Shown here in pieces: positions 1-24,412 of a DNA stretch of 64,000 nucleotides (the stretch's first letter is position 1; every line of letters begins with the position of its first letter). The DNA is from Macrostomum lignano (Eukaryota), in NCBI GenBank assembly GCA_002269645.1, contig NIVC01000516.1:248001-312000 (forward strand), read 5' to 3'. The notes under the pieces were generated by a model. That model did no database searches and was not told where the DNA came from. It saw nothing but the letters and a program-made list of their open reading frames with translations. The position numbers and the translations under genes are program-made.

Positions 1-851
1 AGAGTTTGAGTAGGGTTGAGATCATTAATGAGAGTTTGAGTAGGGTTGAGATCATTAATGAGAATTTGAGTAGGGTTGAGATCATTAATGAGAATTTGAG
101 TAGGGTTGAGATCATTAATGAGAATTTGAGTAGGGTTGAGATCATTAATGAGAGTTTGAGTAGGGTTGAGATCATTAATGAGAATTTGAGTAGGGTTGAG
201 ATCATTAATGAGAATTTGAGTAGGGTTGAGATCATTAATGAGAATTTGAGTAGGGTTGAGATCATTAATGAGAATTTGAGTAGGGTTGAGATCATTACTG
301 AGAATTTGAGTAGGGTTGAGATCATTACTGAGAATTTGAGTAGGGTTGAGATCATTAATGGGTATTTGAGTAGGGTTAGGCTCATTAATGAGGATTTGAG
401 TAGGGTTGAGATCATTACTGAGAATTTGAGTAGGGTTGAGATCATTAATGAGTATTTGAGTAGGGTTAGGCTCACTAATGAGGATTTGAGTAGGGTTGAG
501 ATCATTAATGAGAATACATTAGTGAGAAATTGAGTAGGGTTGGATCATTAATGAGGATTTGAGTAGGGTTGAGATCATTAATGGGGATCTGAGTAGGGTT
601 GAGATCATTAATGAGGATCTGAGTAGGGTTGAGATAATTATTGAGGATCTGAGTAGCGTTGAGATCATTATTGAGGATCTGAGTAGGGTTGAGATCATTA
701 TTGAGGATCTGAGTAGCGTTGAGATCATTATTGAGGATCTGAGTAGGGTTGAGATCATTATTGAGGATCTGAGTAGCGTTGAGATCATTATTGAGGATCT
801 GAGTAGCGTTGAGATCATTATTGAGGATCTGAGTAGCGTTGAGATCATTAA
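1..851. repeat. 30-bp minisatellite (GAGTAGGGTTGAGATCATTAATGAGAATTT variants) in NCAPG intron
   Basis: Direct periodicity; explains the SRVEIINENL pseudo-ORFs. Confidence 0.95.
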
Positions 852-923
852 TAGGAATCTGTAATATTTTCAGAATTACGGAATAAAAAATGTCACTGAA
901 ACAAATCCAACCACACCACGCAG

Positions 924-3900
924 ATCCTGTCCGTTCTGATGCCGGACCAGCTGCCGTCCATCATTGAGGAAGTGGCCGCCTGTCTGGACGACCGTCGTCT
1001 ACTTCGGCCCGACTGTCAGACATCGGAGGCGTCGTTTCTCTGGCTGCGGCTGATCCGATTGTTAGAGGAGAGGAAAGAGATCGACGCCCTGTCTGAGCGG
1101 CTTCTGCCTGGCGGCTTGGACTTTCAGCAGATGCTGGGCGACGTGCTGAAACGTCAGGTGAGAGTCTTCGTGCTTTGTGGGGTTTATTGCTCACGAACTT
1201 AGTCTATGGATGCGAGCAGTTTACCTTCTTAGCTCTAAACACTGATCCTTCAGGAGCGGGCTCCGTGTTTACCCGCCCTCTCAGCCCCTGATCCTTCAGG
1301 AGCGGGTTCCATGTTTACCCGCCCTCTCAGCCCCTGATCCTTCAGGAGCGGGCTCCGTGTTTACCCGCCCTCTCAGCCCCTGATCCTTCAGGAGCGGGTT
1401 CCATGTTTACCCGCCCTCTCAGCCCCTGATCCTTCAGGAGCGGGCTCCGTGTTTACCCGCCCTCTCAGCCCCTGATCCTTCAGGAGCGGGTTCCATGTTT
1501 ACCCGCCCTCTCAGCCCCTGATCCTTCAGGAGCGGGCTCCGTGTTTACCCGCCCTCTCAGCCCCTGATCCTTCAGGAGCGGGCTCCGTGTTTACCCGCCC
1601 TCTCAGCCCCTGCTCCTTCAGGAGCGGGTTCCATGTTTACCCGCCCTCTCAGCCCCTGATCCTTCAGGAGCGGGTTCCATGTTTACCCGCCCTCTCAGCC
1701 CCTGATCCTTCAGGAGCGGGTTCCATGTTTACCCGCCCTCTCAGCCTCCTGATCCTTCAGGAGCGGGCTCCGTGTTTACCCGCCCTCTCAGCCTCCTGAT
1801 CCTTCAGGAGCGGGCTCCGTGTTTACGGGTCTTCTCTTCTTTAGTAAAAATATCCCATCAATACATCTGCTAGTTGTTTAACCGCATATCTATGCTTAAA
1901 ATTCGCTAATTTTCAAGGTGACAAGCGCCGATCTCGTGCACGATTGGATCTTCTTAGCCAGACAGTTGCTCCAGCTGTGCTCAAGCCTCGATTTATCCGA
2001 CGAATTCACTCACGAGTCGCTGCTTCGACACGCCCAGGAAGCGTTGAAAACTGCACCGCTTGACCTCATCGAAGATCTGCTGCAGCTGCGCAAGCGGCTG
2101 TACGGTCGTAGGGAGGCGGAATTTTCCAGCTCGGGGATCGAGCTGATCACGGAGATTCGCGACGCTGCCAGGTACGAATCCGGTATTGCTACTTATTAAT
2201 TGAGCGAAATTTATAACACCTGATGACACTGATGTCAGGATTAAATGAAATAAATGATCGAAACGGTTTGTTGACTAAATGATCGCTATGAATCATTTTT
2301 TAACAATCGCTATGACTCATTAATTGTCCGCTATGACTCATTTTTCAATGATCGCTATGACTCATTTTTCAATGATCGCTATGACTCATTTTTCAATGAT
2401 CGCTATGACTCATTTTTCAATGATCGCTATGACTCATTTTTCAATGATCGCTATGACTCATTTTTTTAATTATCGCTATGACTCATTTTTCAATTATCGC
2501 TATGACTCATTTTTCAATTATCGCTATGACTCATTTTTCAATTATCGCTATGACTCATTTATTGAACGATACGTGACTCATCAGATGATTGCTATGAATT
2601 TTGTCTCATTTATTATATCATCCCTTATGATTGATTTTTTAGTATGACTCATTCACTGCACTCATATCATGTCATTTGCAATCACCCTAACACCTGAACA
2701 CCTGAAACGCCTTTCAGAGACGCCGCCGATCTGCCTGACTGCGACGAGGAGGCCACGCCAGAGGACGAAGGCACCCTTGAACGGTGCAACTTGATCGCCT
2801 GGAAGCTGCTGTGGCTGTGCGACTCTCGCCGACTGTCGCCCGCCCAAAGATCCCTAGTTGAAACCCTGGTGCTGCCGTCCGTAAAGCATACGAGCAATGC
2901 GGTGCGTCAGTACGCCGTCTCTGCGCTGAGCATCGCCTGTGGCCGCGACCGCGGTCTCGCCCTCACGCACGTGCCTTTGCTGATGGAGATCGCTAAGCTG
3001 GACGTGCCTCTGGTTAGGGTAGCCGCTCTAGGCGGCATGTTCGACTGTTTCCTAGTATTCGGCATGGACACGTTTGTTGCCGCGGCTACGTCCGGAGTTC
3101 GAACCAATAATCGGAGCGATTTGGAGGCCGATTTTCTTCAACTAATTGGCGGCAGCGCCGAAGGTGAGGTTTGATTTTATTTGAATATGAAAAACGCCAT
3201 ATTATACCATACTGCACCATCATACTACTAATAGGGTTATTGTAAGGTTAGAAACCCTACTCTATACTTATAGGTGAAAGGGTTGGAAACTGTTGTCTTT
3301 AGATTACTTGAGATTCCGATCTCTAAATGTAGTCGTATTTTCCTTTAAATTGTGTGGAGGAACGTGACTCTTCCTAGCCAATAGCAAGTTTCGTGTGGAG
3401 CAACAGTGGTCACGTGACTGTTCCTAGCCAATAGCAAGTTTCGTGTGGAGCAACAGTGATCACGTGACTGTTCCTAGCCAATAGCAACTTTCGTGCGGAG
3501 GAACAGCTGTCACGTGACTGTTTCTAGCCAAAAGCAACTTTCGTGCGGAGGGACAGCTGTCACGTGACTGTTTCTAGCCAATAGCAACTTTCGTGCGGAG
3601 GAACAGCTGTCACGTGACTGTTTCTAGCCAATGGCGCCAATAGCGACTTACCTAAAATTCACATGCCTAGTAGAATAAAAAATCATGTGCTTTTAAGCTA
3701 CTATTAGTAGTTTTTCTTAATATTACCAGTTGCAAATAAATATCTGATAGTTGCTTTATTGCACCATAGTAACGTTACCATCCCGTATCCCCCGCGCCCC
3801 ACAAAGACCTGTTCGCTACAAAGCTACCGTCGCAGCAGTCGCTGGCCTCTAGCGCTACATCTGTCCCGGCCACGCCGGTTGCAGCCGAGAGCAATCTAAC

Positions 3901-6900
3901 TACTAGCGAAGTGGTCTCCTCTCTGCTGGCTCATCCAATCTCTCAGCTAGATAGCGAGCTGTCAATCATTCGTACAATATGCGCCGAAGGCCTATCGCGT
4001 CTATTATTATTTGGCCACGTGAACGCGCCTAAGCTGGTGTCCCGACTATTCCTGCTCTGGTTCAATCCGGACACGAGCCGGGATCAGCGGCTGCACGATT
4101 GCCTGTCGCAGTTCTTTCCGGCTTACAGCTTCACTAAGCCGGAGTACCAGCTGGCTGTTGCTAAGAGCGCAGTGTATTCGTTGCACACGCTGTTTAAAGC
4201 GCCGCCCAATTCTCGTCTATTCGAAGTGGATCACAACCACGCCGCCCAGTTGCTAGTGCTGCTCACCGATGCTAGGAGTCTGCGCGATCACAAAGCTTTG
4301 GATGAGGCCGCTTTGGATGCTTTAGAGCAGCCGGCTCACGATGAGCTGGGCATGGCTTTGGCTAATGAAATTGTCAGGTGAGGCTATGGCTCTAGTGGCA
4401 GATGGCTTTGGCTAATGAAATTGTCAGGTGAGGCTATGGCTCTAGTGGCAGATGGCTTTGGCTAATGAAATTGTCAGGTGAGGCTATGGCTCTAGTGGCA
4501 GATGGCTTTGGCTAATGAAATTGTCAGGTGAGGCTATGGCTCTAGTGGCAGATGGCTTTGGCTAATGAAATTGTCAGGTGAGGCTATGGCTCTAGTGGCA
4601 GATGGCTTTGGCTAATGAAATTGTCAGGTGAGGCTATGGCTCTAGTGGCAGATGGCTTTGGCTAATGAAATTGTCAGGTGAGGCTATGGCTCTAGTGGCA
4701 GATGGCTTTGGCTAATGAAATTGTCAGGTGAGGCTATGGCTCTAGTGGCAGATGGCTTTGGCTAATGAAATTGTCAGGTGAGGCTATGGCTCTAGTGGCA
4801 GATGGCTTTGGATCTAGCTGTAGAAAGCTATGGATCTAGCTGGAGATTGCTATGAATCTAGCTGGAGATGGCTATGGATCTAGCGGCTGAGGCTAACGAT
4901 CTAGTGGGTGAGGCTAGCGATCTACGGGTGAGGCTAGCGATCTACGGGTGAGGCTAGCGATCTACGGGTGAGGCTAGCGATCTACGGGTGAGGCTAACGA
5001 TCTAGTGGGTGAGGCTAACGATCTAGTGGGTGAGACTAACGATCTAGTGGGAGAGACTAACGATCTAGTGGGTGAGACTAACGATCTAGTGGGTGGGGCT
5101 AGCGATCTACGGGTGAGGCTAACGATCTAGTGGGTGAGGCTAACGATCTAGTGGGTGAGACTAACGATCTAGTGGGTGGGGCTAGCGATCTACGGGTGAG
5201 GCTAACGATCTAGTGGGTGAGACTAACGATCTAGTGGGTGAGACTAACGATCTAGTGGGTGAGGCTAACGATCTACGGGTGAGGCTAACGATCTAGTGGG
5301 AGAGACTAACGATCTAGTGGGTGAGACTAACGATCTAGTGGGTGGGGCTAGCGATCTACGGGTGAGGCTAACGATCTAGTGGGTGAGGCTAACGATCTAG
5401 TGGGTGAGACTAACGATCTAGTGGGTGGGGCTAGCGATCTACGGGTGAGGCTAACGATCTAGTGGGTGAGACTAACGATCTAGTGGGTGAGACTAACGAT
5501 CTAGTGGGTGAGACTAACGATCTAGTGGGTGAGACTAACGATCTAGTGGGTGAGACTAACGATCTAGTGGGTGAGGCTAGCGATCTACGGGTGAGGCTAA
5601 CGATCTAGTGGGTGGGGCTAGCGATCTAGTGGGTGAGACTAACGATCTAGTGGGTGAGACTAACGATCTAGTGGGTGAGACTAACGATCTAGTGGGTGAG
5701 ACTAACGATCTAGTGGGTGAGACTAACGATCTAGTGGGTGAGACTAACGATCTAGTGGGTGAGACTAACGATCTAGTGGGTGAGACTAACGATCTAGTGG
5801 GTGAGACTAACGATCTAGTGGGTGAGGCTAGCGATCTACGGGTGAGGCTAACGATCTAGTGGGTGAGACTAACGATCTAGTGGGTGAGACTAACGATCTA
5901 GTGGGTGAGACTAACGATCTAGTGGGTGAGACTAACGATCTAGTGGGTGAGACTAACGATCTAGTGGGTGAGGCTAGCGATCTACGGGTGAGGCTAACGA
6001 TCTAGTGGGTGAGACTAACGATCTAGTGGGTGGGGCTAGCGATCTACGGGTGAGGCTAATAATCTACGGGTGAGGCTATGGATATGGCAGGATAAGGATG
6101 AGTATTAATTGGAGTATAGAGATAAAGCTAGTGGGTAAAGATAAGTCTATCGGATTGGGTATGGATGCAATCTAGTGGGATTACCTGACCTAGCGGTTAG
6201 AAGCGGTTCTATCAAGTAAGGCTGATAGACAAGAGACACCCCCCCTCGGCGACTGCAGGTCACCCAACAACGTTGGCGTGGCGGTGCTGATCCGCACCCT
6301 GAGCCTGCTGCAGATGCGGCCCGACGGTATGCGCCGAGTCCTCGACACCCTGCTGCCCAGTCTGCCAAAAGTGCGCGAACGCCAGCTCAATCAGGCTCTG
6401 TTTAAGTACACCAACGCTCTCGCTGCTCACCTGGGCATCGATCTCCAGGCCGGCGCCTCCACGGTGGCTGCGGCTGCGGCCAGAGACGGGGGTCAAGAGA
6501 ACGACCTATTAGACGATGACGACGAGGAACCGGTGCTACTGCCCGACTCGCAGGGCAATGTGGACGGCTTTATTGGTCAATTGCACGCGGATTCGAATAG
6601 GAATAAAACTGGCGCCGCTGCCAGCACGGCGGCCACCGCTCAGCTGTTGAATAGCACTCTGGCGCCTGGCGGCCTGCCAGTGCCAGCTGTGGAGCCTGGC
6701 CCGCCCACCGATTCCCACCTAGCTAATAGCACTTTCCGGACACCGGCCGGCCGACCGCCGCAGAAATCTGCCGCTTCCGGTACCGCCAGTGCCGGCCGGA
6801 AGCGTCCGTCGATGTCGAGAGTATCGAATAAATCAGCTAAGAAGCAGCACGCGCCGTTGGCGGAGGAAGCCGATAATAATTCGGACGAGTCCACCGCCGC

Positions 6901-7486
6901 CTCGTCTGCTAAGAAGAGGCAGAATGTTGATGAGGCCGAGGTGGATGAGGAGGACTTGGATGAGACATTCGTGTCGTCAGCTTCGAAGCAGCGTCCGCCA
7001 GCTGGCAAGCAGCAGAGCCAACGTCGAGCTTCAAACGCGACAGGCCGTCGTCATCGTCAGTCCGGACGCGCCTCGACTTCGGCGTCGATCGCCGATAGCG
7101 ACGTCACCGTCGCTGAGGTCGACGATGCCGATATTGATGACGGTGCCAGCGTCAGTTCAGCGACATCTAGCGTCGCTACTCGTCGATCTAGACGGGCCGC
7201 CGCTGTGGCCGCTACCGCAGCCGTCAGCGCCAAGAAGCCGCCGCTACCGCCGCCGACGTCGACAGCGGGCGGTCGTCGGCCTCGCGTTCGACAGCGCGTT
7301 GCCTCGTCAACTATGAATAGCGAGGAGAGCTTCAATAGAACTGCCGGTCTGGACTCTAACGATGACGATTCCAACTCGTCCAAGATGTCCGCCGCCACCC
7401 CGAGGCCGTCGTCGTCCTCTAGTCGTCGGCAGCGTCGCGGAACCGACGGCGAAGTGTCCCGACGGTCTGGCCAATCGTCTCGGTAA
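924..7486 (+). CDS. NCAPG: Condensin I complex subunit CAP-G (Cnd3), 5'-partial. Exons 924-1157, 1918-2171, 2718-3163, 3807-4377, 6259-7486; 910 aa in window
   Basis: All junctions are GT-AG and phase-consistent; the summed length of 2733 nt is divisible by 3 and ends in TAA at 7484-7486. The HEAT-like Cnd3 segment LVETLVLPSVKHTSNAVRQYAVSALSIAC...VRVAALGGMFDCFLVFG, plus EGLSRLLL, LLWFNP and HDELGMALANEI, matches the pattern I recall for human NCAPG. Ends in a long low-complexity S/R/A tail. The N-terminus lies upstream of the window. Confidence 0.9.
1242..1826. repeat. 46-bp minisatellite, ~13 copies, NCAPG intron
   Basis: Unit TGATCCTTCAGGAGCGGGCTCCGTGTTTACCCGCCCTCTCAGCCCC. Confidence 0.95.
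2278..2560. repeat. 24-bp minisatellite containing TGACTCA
   Basis: Unit ATGATCGCTATGACTCATTTTTCA. Confidence 0.9.
3361..3632. repeat. 50-bp minisatellite, ~5.5 copies, containing CACGTG and CCAAT
   Basis: CACGTGACTG recurs at 3411, 3461, 3511, 3561, 3611. Confidence 0.9.
4352..4811 (+). repeat. 50-bp tandem repeat of the NCAPG exon/intron junction (9 identical donor copies)
   Basis: Unit ATGGCTTTGGCTAATGAAATTGTCAG|GTGAGGCTATGGCTCTAGTGGCAG; TTGTCAGGTG every 50 bp from 4371 to 4771. Confidence 0.95.
4812..6078. repeat. 20/21-bp minisatellite (GGGTGAGACTAACGATCTAGT / GGGTGAGGCTAGCGATCTAC)
   Basis: Direct periodicity; fills the rest of the last NCAPG intron. Confidence 0.95.
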
Positions 7487-7604
7487 ATTTTGCCGGGTTA
7501 CTTCAAGTATTGTTGCAGTGGGGCTGGGTGCTTTGCACACCAATTTTTAAGCTTCTTTCTTATCCATTGCTTTGCTCTGCCTCTGATCCTGGCATCTTGT
7601 CTCT

Positions 7605-7890
7605 CTAATCTCATCACACCCGACTCTAATCTCATTACATTCGACTCTAATCTCATTCCTCCATTCTCTAATCTCATTCCTTTCAACTCTTACATTCGAC
7701 TCTAATCTCGTTTCATCCAACTATAATCTCAGTACATCCGACTCTAATCTCATTCCTTCCTTTTCTATTCTCATTACACCCGACTCTAATCTCATTACTT
7801 TTTTCTATAACCTCGCTACTCTAATCTCACTAATTCCTTTTCTGTCTTTCTTCTCTCATCCTTCTGGCTCTAATCTCATCACATCCGTCA
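7605..7890. repeat. Degenerate CTCTAATCTCATT repeat in the presumed NCAPG 3' UTR
   Basis: Recurrent GACTCTAATCTCATT motif. Confidence 0.7.
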
Positions 7891-8898
7891 ATCTTATTGC
7901 TTACACCCTATTCTCATTCCTTCCTATCTATCATTCTGTCTTATATTTATTTCATCTTCTCTATTCTATCCTATTCTATTCTATCTTATCTCATTAAACC
8001 CATCTCTCATTCCACATTCCATCATCCTCTTTCACTCTAATCTTCATAAATTTCATTCCATCCTCCCCTATCTCATTCCGTGCTCCCTCATTTCCGTCTG
8101 ACAGTGACTCCAATAGTCTACTATCAGTAATATAATTCAGCCAAATTTAATAAATCGTTGCAGATCTCAAGAATTTTAAAACCTGAAGCGGCTTGAATTC
8201 TAAGAAAGAAAGAAAGCTGAAGTTTTGAATTCTACAGTGCACATGACTGGCAACTTTAGTTATTAACTGACGCATTTGCGCTTCTTGCGCTACTCGTATT
8301 TAGTAGCGTATCCTGTATTGCTATGTGCATTTTATTCATAAACTCGTATCCTTAAGTCCTATTTACTCAAGGTCTCTCATCTCCAGCCCTTTTTATTTCT
8401 AGGGTAAACGAAATTTGCATAATTTTGCTATTTTATTAATCTAATTTGTCCATCTATTTAGTTTATCCTATTACCATTTGAAACCTTTTGTTACCACGGT
8501 AACGCCGTGTATTTTAGCCCACTTATCAGCTGCTTTTAATATTTGTATTCAGTCTTTGTTTCATCTGTTCTCTAAATAGCATTTTTAAGTTTTTTCTTTT
8601 CATAATGTACTATTGTGTTTTGCACTCACTAGCGGCTAAAACAATTTATTTTTAAAGCTATAAATGCTATTTGGTGCTCGTCGCGTTTAATTGAGGTTTA
8701 TTTTCATAGTTTAACAATCTATTCAGCACAAAAAATTCATTCATAATAATATATATAACTTAACATCTTTCTGTAACTAAAATACAAGATGCTCTATAAT
8801 TTAGTGCAACATGTTTTTCTAAAATGCAAGTAATTAAAATAATACTTAGCTTGAATTCTTTACTTTCTATTCTATTTTGGATTATAACGGTATCAACT

Positions 8899-9315
8899 AT
8901 TGGTTTTTGCGAGCTATCTCAGCCAAGGAGCAAGCAAACTCATCCATCCCATAGATTTCAATACGACGAAGGAGGTGGTTTGAACCATAGACTATCACGT
9001 TTTTTCAACCAAACTCATCCAACGAGCGAGCAATCTCAGCCATAGCTTGTCTGCCCATTCATTTCCTCTTCCCTTCTTTCTTTCCTCCTCCTCCTCCGAT
9101 GGCTCAGTTGCGACAATCATAAAGTCTCTTATATACGAACCAATTAAATTTTTCGCTTAATAAACAAGCTATGGCTGAGATTGCTCGCCCGTTGGATGAG
9201 TTTGGTTGAAAAAACGTGATAGTCTATGGTTCAAACCACCTCCTTCGTCGTATTGAAATCTATGGGATGGATGAGTTTGCTTGCTCCTTGGCTGAGATAG
9301 CTCGCAAAAACCAAT
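8899..9315. mobile_element. MITE-like foldback element: 152-bp terminal inverted repeats, 113-bp spacer
   Basis: 8899-9050 is the reverse complement of 9164-9315 with one mismatch seen. If the ends are taken as TGG...CCA (8901/9313), the flanks give a possible 2-bp AT duplication. No coding capacity. Confidence 0.85.
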
Positions 9316-9340
9316 GTTACATGTATGAAATTGGGGTAGA

Positions 9341-9456
9341 AGGTGAGCGAGACTGACATGTAGGAACAGCTGTCACGTGACTGTTTCTAGCCAATAGCGC
9401 CAATAGCGACTTACCTAAAATTCACATGCCTAGTAGGTGAGCGAGACTGACATGTA
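9341..9456 (+). repeat. 22-bp direct repeat flanking a 75-bp copy of 3599-3673
   Basis: AGGTGAGCGAGACTGACATGTA at 9341-9362 and 9435-9456. Segment 9362-9436 matches 3599-3673 with one mismatch. Confidence 0.85.
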
Positions 9457-10314
9457 AGTAACCACTGTTATCTGACACGCTATCAAAAATCTTAATTGCA
9501 AAAATGAAATTCAGTGTTCCATTGGTTAATGTTCATTCTTGCTTCAACTATTCTTGTAATATAAATTGAGGCATTTTTGTTCAAACGAGACGAAGTATCC
9601 GTTGCGAGAAGCGGGAAATAGCATGTCTTAGGCTCATGATGCATCGATAAATGGCGTGCATTGCTTGTCAAAAATCATGGATTATTTATTGTCACAAATT
9701 ATTAGCTTAGCCGACAATACGTAATAATGACAGTTACATATGCCATGCAAGGTGTATGAGTGAATATAGGCCAACTATGTAAGATAAAATTCTATATTTA
9801 AAAGCCGTTGCATTTAACCACTATTAGCTCTGCAGTTATAGATTTCTCAAAGTAGTTTACAATTGGTTCCAGCTAGCCATTTTTAATTGAATTGAGTAAT
9901 CTTTGGTCCGCGGACGAGTCTTCCATGTAATAAAGACTTGGGGTCTTATAGTTAACCACACTTAAGAATATTACAATGAATAGAGCTAAGTAGTTGAAGG
10001 CTATTAAATATGAATAACAGATAGCAAAAATCCGAAAATAAATAAATAAGACTACTAAGAAGTCAGCAAAGGTCCGTTTGCAAAAGCCCTTTCCTGCTTT
10101 TCGTTTTTCACGAAAAAGGATGCAGCGGTAAATCAAGGATTTACTCGATATCTAAAATAACAGTTTCCACGAACAGATTTCGATCGTTTATTTGGTACTC
10201 AGCTCAGAGTAACAATCTGTTTCTAAATCTATTATATGAGTTCATCTGGACAGGAGTTTATATCTTCCTATTTAGAGAAATAATATTAATTTCAGAACAA
10301 TTCAGGATCGCAAA

Positions 10315-24412
<14,098 letters not shown>

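Noticed and set aside
1-851. Telomere-like TAGGGTT words
   Set aside because: Only one TAGGG per 30-bp unit and no (TTAGGG)n run.
6-864. ORFs of repeated SRVEIINENL resembling a leucine-rich or coiled repeat protein
   Set aside because: They are translations of a 30-bp intronic minisatellite upstream of the NCAPG acceptor at 921-923; the NCAPG frame does not need them.
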